From a virus (lineage: Duplodnaviria; Heunggongvirae; Uroviricota; Caudoviricetes), in IMG/VR virus record IMGVR_UViG_3300014970_000019, positions 1 through 18,888 of that record: a DNA stretch of 18,888 nucleotides. One strand, written 5' to 3'. Position numbers and translations under genes: made by a program. Below the pieces are notes generated by a model. It was not told the origin of the DNA, did no database searches, and saw only the letters and a list, made by a program, of their open reading frames with translations. Below, piece after piece: positions 8,924-17,394 of the stretch. The stretch's first letter is position 1; every line of letters begins with the position of its first letter.

Positions 8924-9003
8924 CGCGCGCTGACATCGTTAAGTATTGACATATCAGATGTTTAAATAGGAAAATTACCAAAATCCAGAAAAAAGAAAAG
9001 AAT

Positions 9004-10152
9004 ATGAAGAAGTTAACTGCGAGACAAAGAGAGATTGACGTAAAACGCTCGATAAAGTTACGACAAGGACGTGCTAAAGTTAGAAAAAAAGGTAAATCAT
9101 TTCACTATAATGTTGAATGGCGTAAGGCTAACTATTGGATTGAAGAACAATCAAAAAATGGATTAGATGTACAATTTGTAAGTAAAAAAAAGAAAGGGTT
9201 AATTCTAACTTTACCTTCTGAAATGAATTTTTCTACACACTACGATGTTACTGTTCAGCATATTAATGCGATTCGAATGTTATCAGAGAGAAAAGGATTG
9301 CCTAATGCAGGTTATCAATTAGCATCTGTTAATTTTTGTAATTTGAAGAAAACATCGACATCTGCAGCTCTTGTGTTAACTGCAGAGTTATCTAAATGGG
9401 ATGATGCGATTAGGCAGAGGTTGACTCCAAAAATAGACGGTTGGGATAAAAATGTTCTACGTAATTTCTATGAATTGGGGTTCTTTGATTTATTCAAAAA
9501 AAGCAGGGATATAAAATTAAATTTTAATGATGAGTATTCAAAAATAAAAGGTAAGCGATTTGTAAAATATCTTAAAGGAAAGTGTGGGGAAATTAAGAAA
9601 ACAAAAGTATTAAAAGAGGAGATTATTAAATTAGTTGGTGAGTCTATTGAAAAATGGACTTTCTTACATGGGGGCCTAAGTGAGGCTATTACCAATGTTT
9701 CTCATCATGCATATCCTTCTGATTGCGGATATAAAGAATATGATAAGAACTGGTATCTAACAGGATCTTATCATTTAGAAAGTAAGGAATTGAAGATAGT
9801 TTTTTATGATCAGGGTGTTGGTATCCCTAAAACTTTACCTGCATCAAAAGTTTGGGAAAAGGCATTAAATGTATTAGCATCAATTCCTGTATTGGAGCGA
9901 TATCGTGATGAAGCACTCTTGAAAGCTGCGGTAGAGTTGGATAGGACAAGTACAGAAGAGGGAGATCGTGGTAAAGGCCTACAGGATCTACTTGAGTTTA
10001 TTAAACAAAGAGAAAATGGTTATTTATCAATCATGAGCCTTAAGGGACTTTATAAACACTCAATGAATCAAGGTAATACAAAAATAAAAACTAAGAGTTT
10101 TGCATCCCCAATCTATGGTACACTAATAACTTGGAGTGTATCTCTTGATTGA
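9004..10152 (+). CDS. Cargo gene 1: protein with C-terminal GHKL (HATPase_c) RsbW/SpoIIAB-like kinase/ATPase domain and Lys-rich N-terminal domain of unknown function
   Basis: 382-aa ORF in a strongly AT-rich island. N-box-like LSEAITNVSHHAY (about aa 226-238), G1-box-like YDQGVGIP (about aa 268-275) and G2-box-like GDRGKGLQDL (about aa 320-329), in the order and spacing of GHKL ATPases. Family assignment is by motif, not by search. Confidence 0.65.
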   Translation: MKKLTARQREIDVKRSIKLRQGRAKVRKKGKSFHYNVEWRKANYWIEEQSKNGLDVQFVSKKKKGLILTLPSEMNFSTHYDVTVQHINAIRMLSERKGLPNAGYQLASVNFCNLKKTSTSAALVLTAELSKWDDAIRQRLTPKIDGWDKNVLRNFYELGFFDLFKKSRDIKLNFNDEYSKIKGKRFVKYLKGKCGEIKKTKVLKEEIIKLVGESIEKWTFLHGGLSEAITNVSHHAYPSDCGYKEYDKNWYLTGSYHLESKELKIVFYDQGVGIPKTLPASKVWEKALNVLASIPVLERYRDEALLKAAVELDRTSTEEGDRGKGLQDLLEFIKQRENGYLSIMSLKGLYKHSMNQGNTKIKTKSFASPIYGTLITWSVSLD

Positions 10153-10166
10153 GATGGAGGTTTAAT

Positions 10167-10580
10167 ATGAAAAATCTAGAAATTAATATAGGGAAAGAGT
10201 TTTCTTCTACTCCTTCAGGACGTTTCTATTCTGATATGACAGATAGCAGCGGCGAACAGTTTAGAGAGGAGCTTTTATGGCCTCGCTTACAGTTGCTTAA
10301 AGAAAAGCAAAAGATCGACATTATTTTGGATGATGACGTTGAAGGTTATGGTTCTTCTTTCCTCGTTGAAGGTTTTGCCGGTATAGTAAAATATGGATAT
10401 ATGGATAAACAACAACTATTAAGTAAACTTGAGTTAATTCAGAGAGATCCTGATTTTGCTTTGTTTAAGAGAAAAATAATACAATATATTAACGAGGCAG
10501 TGTTTGATTCAAAGGTTTATGAAAGTACCAAACCTATTTATTTGTCTAAGTTGTTGACGCAAAAAACACGTAAGGAGTAA
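10167..10580 (+). CDS. Cargo gene 2: small STAS-like / DUF4325-like protein (putative partner of gene 1)
   Basis: 137 aa from ATG 10167, with RBS ggagg at 10156-10160 lying inside the end of gene 1 (translational coupling). The motif IDIILDDDVEGYGSSFLVEGFAGIV resembles STAS/DUF4325 cores that pair with HATPase proteins. The track ORF starts at a TTG at 10149. Confidence 0.6.
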   Translation: MKNLEINIGKEFSSTPSGRFYSDMTDSSGEQFREELLWPRLQLLKEKQKIDIILDDDVEGYGSSFLVEGFAGIVKYGYMDKQQLLSKLELIQRDPDFALFKRKIIQYINEAVFDSKVYESTKPIYLSKLLTQKTRKE

Positions 10581-10585
10581 AGCAA

Positions 10586-11230
10586 ATGGAGCCCAATTAT
10601 AATTATCATTATATGATGAGTAATAATGAGCTTTATTTTAGGGCGGGTTATGATGCTCAGCAATATGGGGTTGTTTTTTCTCATTCGGCTGTTGATAATG
10701 TCGACTTGATACATATTATCAATGGTGGTTTTTCATCTGTTGCAGAAGCTATTAGTAACTCAGGAAACACCACACTTTCTGATGGGATTATACTTGCATT
10801 AGCAGGTGCGTTGAGTGCTTTTTTCTTTAATTTGATTCAAAAAGGAATTGACGCTAAGGCAAAACGTCTCACCAAATCTGGTGAAGCAATGTTATCCTTG
10901 ATAAATGAATTGGAGGATATTGCAGTACGTTATTGGGTCAGAGGGCACGATTCATCTTGTGCTGATAATGAAAGCAATATTTGTGATGAGATTAATATCA
11001 AAGCCATGTTAATGACCTTGGATAAAAATATTAGGTTTATGGTTGATAATTTACCGTTAAAAAACAAGTCTTTAAATAAAAATAAGCTGGAGAAATTTTC
11101 TTCTGATATTTATGATTTGGCATCTGGTGAAGATTTCGAAGCAGAGGTTAGGCCTCCCAATAAAACAAAGGCCTTTGCTATATCGAAAAAATGTAGTGAA
11201 GCAAAAGCCATCATTCTTGGTTTGATTTAA
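10586..11230 (+). CDS. Cargo gene 3: hypothetical protein (214 aa) with a hydrophobic putative transmembrane segment
   Basis: Strong RBS aaggag at 10572-10577 with ATG at 10586. Hydrophobic stretch GIILALAGALSAFFFNLI around aa 67-84. AT-rich codon usage like genes 1 and 2. No family recognised. Confidence 0.6.
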   Translation: MEPNYNYHYMMSNNELYFRAGYDAQQYGVVFSHSAVDNVDLIHIINGGFSSVAEAISNSGNTTLSDGIILALAGALSAFFFNLIQKGIDAKAKRLTKSGEAMLSLINELEDIAVRYWVRGHDSSCADNESNICDEINIKAMLMTLDKNIRFMVDNLPLKNKSLNKNKLEKFSSDIYDLASGEDFEAEVRPPNKTKAFAISKKCSEAKAIILGLI

Positions 11231-12255
11231 AAACGGTAATCCTCAAAGTTAATTACTGTTATGTTTAACCAAATATTTAGCTCTGTTATTCTTTTCTGAA
11301 GAATTTCTAATTCATTTTTTACGAATACTTTGGCAGCTTTCTCCACATCCCCAAACCCCCCAACATTATTAGGCATTATCCCCATCATTTGCGGCGGCAC
11401 TCGGTGTGCTGCCATCATGTCATCGCGGCTGACATTTTTGATATTCAGAAATTCATCCTTCGCCGCGACTTCTGACAGAGGAATGATCTGAAGCCCGTCC
11501 TTTTTGCCGTTAGGCGAGTACATAAACAGATTGCGGAAGTTGCCAGGGCCTTTGGCGCTTTTCATCGCATTGCGGAGGTTGTTCACATCCTCCTGGTTTT
11601 GCGCGGCATCGGTCATGTACATGATAAAGCCCGCATGACTGCCGTTAATGTAATACTTGCGACGGAACAGCGTGGCGGACTCGTTGAGCAGGGCAGACGG
11701 AATGGCAGAAAGATAACCGGGCAGGCCGTAGATCTCCTGATTAATATCCGGTTCCATTAGGTGAAAAATGCTGCCTTTCGTGAACTGATACGGTTGCGTG
11801 GTCATGCCGTATTGCACAAACCAGTAGGTATCCAGATCTAATCCGCGTCGGGTGTATTTTGCCAGGGCAGGTTCAAGGGCGATCACTTCACCGAAGCGGT
11901 TCGTGCGTTTCTCTAGGTAGGCGTTACCAAATACCAGATAGTCCTGCACAAAACGTGAAAACGCCTGCTGGCTGAGCAGCGGATGAGGGATGTAGGTGCT
12001 GGTCAGTATGTTGCACTTTACGGCAATCGGTGAGCTGTGGTGCACGGCGGCGCGAAAGGTTCGCGCCAGCCCGTCGAAACTCACTGGTGGCTCATACCAG
12101 CGGTCCATCTGTACGCATTCCACATAGTCCAGTAATTCGCGGCGGTCCAGAACAGGAACGGGATCACCGAAGCTGAATGCTTCGGCTGAAGTTTGGTTTT
12201 TATGCAGGATCTGATTCGTCGCCGCAGCGCGGTTTTTCTTACTCTTTCCCATCAA
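11227..12255 (-). CDS. Q: Portal protein (P2 gpQ-like)
   Basis: 342 aa, close to the size of P2 Q. It follows the terminase fragment in operon order P then Q on the minus strand. Its stop overlaps the convergent stop of cargo gene 3. Confidence 0.8.
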   Translation of the reverse strand: MMGKSKKNRAAATNQILHKNQTSAEAFSFGDPVPVLDRRELLDYVECVQMDRWYEPPVSFDGLARTFRAAVHHSSPIAVKCNILTSTYIPHPLLSQQAFSRFVQDYLVFGNAYLEKRTNRFGEVIALEPALAKYTRRGLDLDTYWFVQYGMTTQPYQFTKGSIFHLMEPDINQEIYGLPGYLSAIPSALLNESATLFRRKYYINGSHAGFIMYMTDAAQNQEDVNNLRNAMKSAKGPGNFRNLFMYSPNGKKDGLQIIPLSEVAAKDEFLNIKNVSRDDMMAAHRVPPQMMGIMPNNVGGFGDVEKAAKVFVKNELEILQKRITELNIWLNITVINFEDYRF

Positions 12256-12911
12256 AAAATCTCCACAATATTGCTGGTATTGGCGGATTCGCCCTGCAGC
12301 GGTTCGTTAAACAGTGCGTGCATTGTTGCCCAGGCCAGATCGGCATGGCTGGCTTCTTCGCTGCGGCTGGCTTCATAGGTTGGGCGGTTGCCGCTGGCGG
12401 TGGTGGCGCGACGGATTGCCATAAATGACTGCGCTATGTCGGTGTGTCCGGCGTCAAACTCCAGACGACGGTGACTGATAATGTCGTAGGCCTTGAGTAC
12501 CAGGGCGTTTTTAACGTTGGGGTTGTAGACAAACTCCCGGACGGCTGGAAAAAACGCTTTCACGTTCTCGTAAACCCCGTGGCCGACACCTGTCGAGTCG
12601 ATGCCGATGTAGGTCACGTTGTACTGCTCGGTCAGTTTTTTGATGGCGTCAGCCTGGGCGCGGAAGTCCATCCCGCGCCACTGGTGACGCTCAAGAATGC
12701 GGAACTTACCACCCGGCACGGCTGGCGGTGCCACCACCACGCATCCGGCACTGTCGCCGTTCTGCGTACCTTTTGCCGGGTCATAACCGATCCACACTTC
12801 GCGCCAGCCAAACGGGCGCAGGGCCAGAGCATGAAAGTCGGTCCAGACTTCCCAACTGTCCACCATGCACGCCTGCAGCTCGCTGAGCGGAAACCAGAAC
12901 GACGTCACCAC
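12252..12911 (-). pseudogene. P: Terminase large subunit (gpP-like), C-terminal fragment only; 5'-truncated
   Basis: Immediately upstream of Q with an overlapping stop/start (ATGA), but only about 219-245 codons are open, against roughly 590 aa for P2 P. Identity as the terminase nuclease domain rests on operon position and the IGIDSTGVGHG motif. There is no credible start, and the frame runs into FI coding sequence on the opposite strand. Confidence 0.7.
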
Positions 12912-13308
12912 GCTTGTGCGTAAAGACGGTTTCCGCTTCTGGGGTTCCCGCTGCCTGAGTGATGACCCGCTCTTTGCCTTCGAAAACTACACCCGCACGG
13001 CGCAGGTGCTGATGGACACGATGGCAGAAGCACACATGTGGGCGGTGGATAAACCGCTTAACCCGTCGCTGGCCCGCGACATTATCGAAGGTATCCGCGC
13101 CAAAATGCGCAGCCTGGTCAGTCAGGGCTATCTCATTGGTGGTGATTGCTGGCTGGATGAGTCGGTGAACGACAAAGACACGCTGAAAGCCGGAAAACTC
13201 ACCATCGACTACGACTACACGCCAGTGCCGCCACTTGAAAACCTGATGCTGCGTCAGCGCATCACCGATCAGTACTTGGTGAATTTCGCCAGCCAGGTCA
13301 GCGCGTAA
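12835..13308 (+). pseudogene. FI: Tail sheath protein (gpFI-like), C-terminal fragment only; 5'-truncated
   Basis: Open frame from an in-frame stop at 12832-12834 to TAA at 13306-13308, at most about 157 codons, against about 396 aa for P2 FI. It sits immediately upstream of FII. The C-terminus ...[27 protein letters not shown] is sheath-like. Confidence 0.7.
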
Positions 13309-13317
13309 GGGGACAAC

Positions 13318-13833
13318 ATGGCTTTACCACGCAAATTAAAACACCTGAACCTGTTTAACGACGGGAACAACTGGCAGGGGATCGTTGAGTCGCTGACGCT
13401 GCCGAAATTTACCCGCAAATATGAGAAGTATCGCGGCGGCGGAATGCCGGGTGCGGTGGATGTGGATCTGGGGCTTGATGACAGTGCGCTGGATACAGAA
13501 TTTTCCATTGGTGGTACTGAATTGCTGCTGTTTAAACAGATGGGTAAAGCCACGGTGGATGGCATCCAGCTGCGCTTTACCGGCTCTATTCAGCGTGACG
13601 ATACCGGGGAAGTGCAGGCCGTGGAGCTTGTCGTGCGTGGACGTCACAAAGAAGTGGATTCCGGCGAGTGGAAGACGGGCGAAAGCAACACCACCAAAGT
13701 GACCAGTACCAACAGCTACGCGAAGCTGACCATCAATGGTGAGGTGCTCTATGAAGTGGACCTTATCAACATGGTGGAAATTGTGGACGGTGTGGACCTG
13801 ATGGAAGCGCACCGCAACGCCCTCGGCCTCTGA
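13318..13833 (+). CDS. FII: Tail tube protein (gpFII-like)
   Basis: 171 aa starting MALPRKLKHLNLF, matching P2 FII in size and N-terminus. RBS aagggga upstream. Confidence 0.9.
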   Translation: MALPRKLKHLNLFNDGNNWQGIVESLTLPKFTRKYEKYRGGGMPGAVDVDLGLDDSALDTEFSIGGTELLLFKQMGKATVDGIQLRFTGSIQRDDTGEVQAVELVVRGRHKEVDSGEWKTGESNTTKVTSTNSYAKLTINGEVLYEVDLINMVEIVDGVDLMEAHRNALGL

Positions 13834-13887
13834 TATATCTGAACGGCGCGGGATACCGCGCCAGAACCCAATTGACAGGACAGCAAA

Positions 13888-14190
13888 ATGAGCGATAAGC
13901 AGACTGAAAAGACCATTCAACTGGATACCCCCATCAAGCGCGGTAAAACAGAAATCACCGAAATTGTGCTGCGTAAACCGCAGTCCGGTGCGCTGCGCGG
14001 TACACGCCTGCAGGCCATTATGGATATGGATGTAAACGCGATGATGACCGTGATCCCCCGCATCTCCAGTCCGGCACTGACTGCACAGGAAATTGCAGAG
14101 ATGGACCCGGCAGATCTCACTGCCATGTCGGTTGAGTTTGTCACTTTTTTGTTGAAGAAGTCGGTGCTTGCCGGTTTACCGACAGCCTGA
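13888..14190 (+). CDS. E: Tail assembly chaperone gpE
   Basis: 100-aa ORF between FII and the tape measure gene. It contains the TTTTTTG slippery heptamer near its 3' end. Confidence 0.8.
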   Translation: MSDKQTEKTIQLDTPIKRGKTEITEIVLRKPQSGALRGTRLQAIMDMDVNAMMTVIPRISSPALTAQEIAEMDPADLTAMSVEFVTFLLKKSVLAGLPTA

Positions 14191-14324
14191 CGGTTGACGA
14201 TCTGGTGGCAGATATCGCCACCATTTTTCACTGGCCGCCATCCGTTACTGACGTTATGCCGCTGACCGAAGTGCTGGAATGGCGGTATAAAGCGATTCAG
14301 AGAAGCGGGGCCAACGATGAGTGA
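13888..14324 (+). CDS. gpE+E' extended product via programmed -1 ribosomal frameshift
   Basis: Slippery site T_TTT_TTG at 14145-14151. The -1 frame stays open from 14151 to TGA at 14322-14324 (ending ...ANDE), overlapping the start of T. This is the conserved P2 E/E' arrangement. Confidence 0.65.
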
Positions 14325-17300
14325 TAACAACCTGCGTCTGCAGGTCATTCTTAATGCGGTTGACAAGCTCACCCGCCCATTTCGATCTGCGCAGGCCAGT
14401 TCAAGAGAACTGGCTGCTGCTGTCAAAAAATCCCGCGATGCAATAAAGCAGCTTGATCAGGCCGGGAGCAGTCTGGACAGCTTCCGAAAGCTGCAGGCAG
14501 AAAATCAGAAATTAGGCGACAGGCTGAACTATGCCCGCCAGCGTGCAAATTTGCTCAGTCAGGAACTGGGAGCGATGGGGCCGCCTTCGCAACGTCAGGT
14601 TGTTGCTCTGGGCCGTCAACGGCTGGCTGTTCAGCGCCTGGAAGAACGCCAGAAAAAGCTGCAGCAGCAGACGGCGCTTGTGCGTGCTGAACTGTACCGG
14701 GCGGGAATTTCTGCGAAAGACGATGCGGGAGCAACTGCCCGTTTAGCCCGTGAAACATCACGTTATAACCAGGAACTTTCGAAACAGGAGGCGCGGCTGA
14801 AGCGACTGGGGGAAGCTCAGCGCAGGATGAATGCAGCGCGTGCCAGTTATGCCCGTTCGCTGGAGGTGCGTGATCGTATTGCAGGTGCCGGAGCCACCAC
14901 CACGGCTGCAGGGCTGGCAATGGGTGCGCCAGTGATGGCGGCAGTAAAAAGCTATACCAGCATGGAAGATGCCATGAAAGGTGTGGCAAAGCAGGTCAAT
15001 GGTCTGCGTGACGATAATGGCAACCGCACTGCACGTTTTTATGAAATGCAGGATGCCATCAAGGCTGCCAGCGAACAGTTGCCGATGGAAAACGGTGCGG
15101 TGGACTTCGCTGCACTGGTTGAAGGTGGTGCGCGCATGAACGTCGCAAACCCTGACGACAGCTGGGAAGATCAGAAACGTGACCTGCTGGCCTTCGCCAG
15201 TACGGCAGCAAAGGCGGCAACAGCCTTTGAGCTGCCAGCGGATGAACTGTCAGAAAGTCTGGGGAAAATCGCCCAGCTCTACAAAATCCCCACCCGCAAT
15301 ATTGAACAGCTCGGTGATGCGCTGAACTATCTGGATGATAACGCCATGTCGAAAGGGGCAGACATCATTGATGTGATGCAACGTCTGGGCGGTGTGGCTG
15401 ACCGTCTGGATTATCGTAAAGCGGCGGCGCTGGGTTCCACCTTCCTGACACTGGGCGCTGCGCCGGAGGTTGCAGCCAGTGCAGCAAACGCGATGGTGCG
15501 TGAATTGTCCATTGCCACCATGCAAAGCAAGAGTTTCTTTGAAGGGATGAATCTGCTGAAACTCAATCCTGAAGTGATTGAAAAGCAGATGACGAAGGAT
15601 GCGATGGGAACCATCCAGCGCGTGCTGGAGAAGGTAAACGCGCTGCCGCAGGACAAGCGCCTGTCTGCCATGACTATGTTGTTTGGTAAAGAGTTTGGCG
15701 ATGACGCGGCGAAACTGGCAAACAACCTGCCGGAACTGCAGCGTCAGTTAAAACTGACAGCGGGCAATGATGCGCTCGGCTCCATGCAGAAAGAATCCGA
15801 CATTAACAAGGATTCACTTTCTGCGCAGTGGTTGTTGGTCAAAACCGGAGCGCAGAACACCTTCAGCAGCCTGGGCGAAACGCTGCGCCAGCCGCTGATG
15901 GATATTCTGTACACGGTGAAAAGCGTCACGGGGGCGTTGCGTCGCTGGGTGGAAGCTAACCCGGAACTGACAGGCACACTGATGAAAGCATCGGCTGTTG
16001 TGGCTGCGGTTACCGTCGGCCTCGGCACCTTAGCGGTGGCGCTGGCTGCAGTGCTGGGGCCGCTGGCAGTGATCCGTCTGGGATTCTCTGTGTTGGGTAT
16101 CAAAACGTTATCTTCCGTTACGGCAGCAGTAACTCGAACCAGCAGCGCGTTGTCCTGGCTGGCTGGCGCACCACTGGCACTGCTGCGACGCGGGCTTGCT
16201 TCATCGGGCAACGCCGCAGGTTTACTTACTGCGCCGTTGTCGTCTTTGCGCCGCACGGCATCACTGACGGGAAATGTCCTGAAAACTGTAGCAGGTGCGC
16301 CGGTTGCACTTTTGCGGTCTGGATTATCCGGTTTACGTGCTGTTGCTGTGATGTTTATGAATCCTCTGGCGGTACTGCGCGGTGGACTGGCCGCCGCAGG
16401 CACGGTGCTGCGAGTACTGGCATCTGGTCCACTGGCGATGCTGCGCGTTGCCCTGTATGCCATATCTGGTCTGTTAGGTGCTCTGCTCAGTCCGATAGGT
16501 CTTGTGGTTACTGCACTGGCGGGCGTGGCGCTGGTTGTCTGGAAATACTGGCAACCCATCACCGCATTTCTCGGTGGCGTGGTGGAAGGATTCAAAGCGG
16601 CGGCAGGTCCCATCAGTGCAGCGTTCGAACCGCTTAAGCCCGTGTTCCAGTGGATTGGCGACAAAGTGCAGGCGCTGTGGGGCTGGTTTACTGATCTGCT
16701 GACGCCCGTTAAGTCGACCTCTGCCGAACTGCAGAGCGCAGCGGCAATGGGGCGGCGATTCGGGGAGGCACTGGCGGAAGGGCTGAATATGGTCATGCAT
16801 CCGCTGGACTCCCTGAAATCCGGCGTTTCCTGGTTGCTGGAGAAGCTCGGCATTGTCAGTAAAGAGGCCGCAAAGGCAAAACTGCCGGAAAGCGTGACGC
16901 GTCAGCAACCTGCGACGGTGAATGCAGACGGTAAAGTGATGATGCCATCGGGTGGTTTTCCATCATGGGGATATGGCTTTGCGGGGATGTATGACAGCGG
17001 CGGGTATATCCCGCGCGGGCAGTTTGGCATCGTCGGTGAAAACGGGCCGGAAATTGTTAACGGCCCGGCAAATGTGACCAGCCGGAGAAATACAGCTGCA
17101 CTGGCTGCCGTTGTTGCCGGAATGATGGGCGTTGCTGCCGCGCCAGCAGAGCTTCCACCGTTGCACCCTTTGGCACTTCCCGCGAAAGGTGGAGAAGCAA
17201 TTGTGAGTCGCGCAGCCACTGTGCCGCTCGTTCAACGGATTGAGGCACCGACGCAGATCATCATTCAGACGCAGCCAGGACAAAGTGCGCAGGATATTGC

Positions 17301-17394
17301 GCGGGAGGTGGCACGCCAGCTTGATGAACGTGAACGCAGGCTGAAGGCAAAAGCCAGGAGTAACTACAGCGATCAGGGGGGATACGACGCATGA
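14317..17394 (+). CDS. T: Tail tape measure protein (gpT-like)
   Basis: 1025 aa with a coiled-coil-like N-terminal half, a central block of Ala/Leu/Gly-rich hydrophobic repeats, and a C-terminal region. Position is after E/E'. Confidence 0.9.
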   Translation: MSDNNLRLQVILNAVDKLTRPFRSAQASSRELAAAVKKSRDAIKQLDQAGSSLDSFRKLQAENQKLGDRLNYARQRANLLSQELGAMGPPSQRQVVALGRQRLAVQRLEERQKKLQQQTALVRAELYRAGISAKDDAGATARLARETSRYNQELSKQEARLKRLGEAQRRMNAARASYARSLEVRDRIAGAGATTTAAGLAMGAPVMAAVKSYTSMEDAMKGVAKQVNGLRDDNGNRTARFYEMQDAIKAASEQLPMENGAVDFAALVEGGARMNVANPDDSWEDQKRDLLAFASTAAKAATAFELPADELSESLGKIAQLYKIPTRNIEQLGDALNYLDDNAMSKGADIIDVMQRLGGVADRLDYRKAAALGSTFLTLGAAPEVAASAANAMVRELSIATMQSKSFFEGMNLLKLNPEVIEKQMTKDAMGTIQRVLEKVNALPQDKRLSAMTMLFGKEFGDDAAKLANNLPELQRQLKLTAGNDALGSMQKESDINKDSLSAQWLLVKTGAQNTFSSLGETLRQPLMDILYTVKSVTGALRRWVEANPELTGTLMKASAVVAAVTVGLGTLAVALAAVLGPLAVIRLGFSVLGIKTLSSVTAAVTRTSSALSWLAGAPLALLRRGLASSGNAAGLLTAPLSSLRRTASLTGNVLKTVAGAPVALLRSGLSGLRAVAVMFMNPLAVLRGGLAAAGTVLRVLASGPLAMLRVALYAISGLLGALLSPIGLVVTALAGVALVVWKYWQPITAFLGGVVEGFKAAAGPISAAFEPLKPVFQWIGDKVQALWGWFTDLLTPVKSTSAELQSAAAMGRRFGEALAEGLNMVMHPLDSLKSGVSWLLEKLGIVSKEAAKAKLPESVTRQQPATVNADGKVMMPSGGFPSWGYGFAGMYDSGGYIPRGQFGIVGENGPEIVNGPANVTSRRNTAALAAVVAGMMGVAAAPAELPPLHPLALPAKGGEAIVSRAATVPLVQRIEAPTQIIIQTQPGQSAQDIAREVARQLDERERRLKAKARSNYSDQGGYDA

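Noticed and set aside
8946-8974. TTGACA at 8946-8951 as the -35 element of a cassette promoter
   Set aside because: No convincing -10 hexamer lies at 16-18 bp spacing. A promoter probably exists in 8930-9000 but cannot be pinned down by eye.
12444-13035. Plus- and minus-strand ORFs (159, 84 and 66 aa) across the P/FI junction
   Set aside because: These are alternative frames of the terminase and sheath fragments, not independent genes.
13336-14426. Minus-strand ORFs (194 aa and 169 aa) overlapping FII, E and the start of T
   Set aside because: They are antisense to conserved tail genes, with no start context and no recognisable protein features.
15744-16853. 369-aa minus-strand ORF inside the tape measure gene
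   Set aside because: It is antisense to a clearly coding GC-rich gene, with low-complexity Ala/Ser/Pro-rich translation and no RBS. This is a typical spurious ORF.
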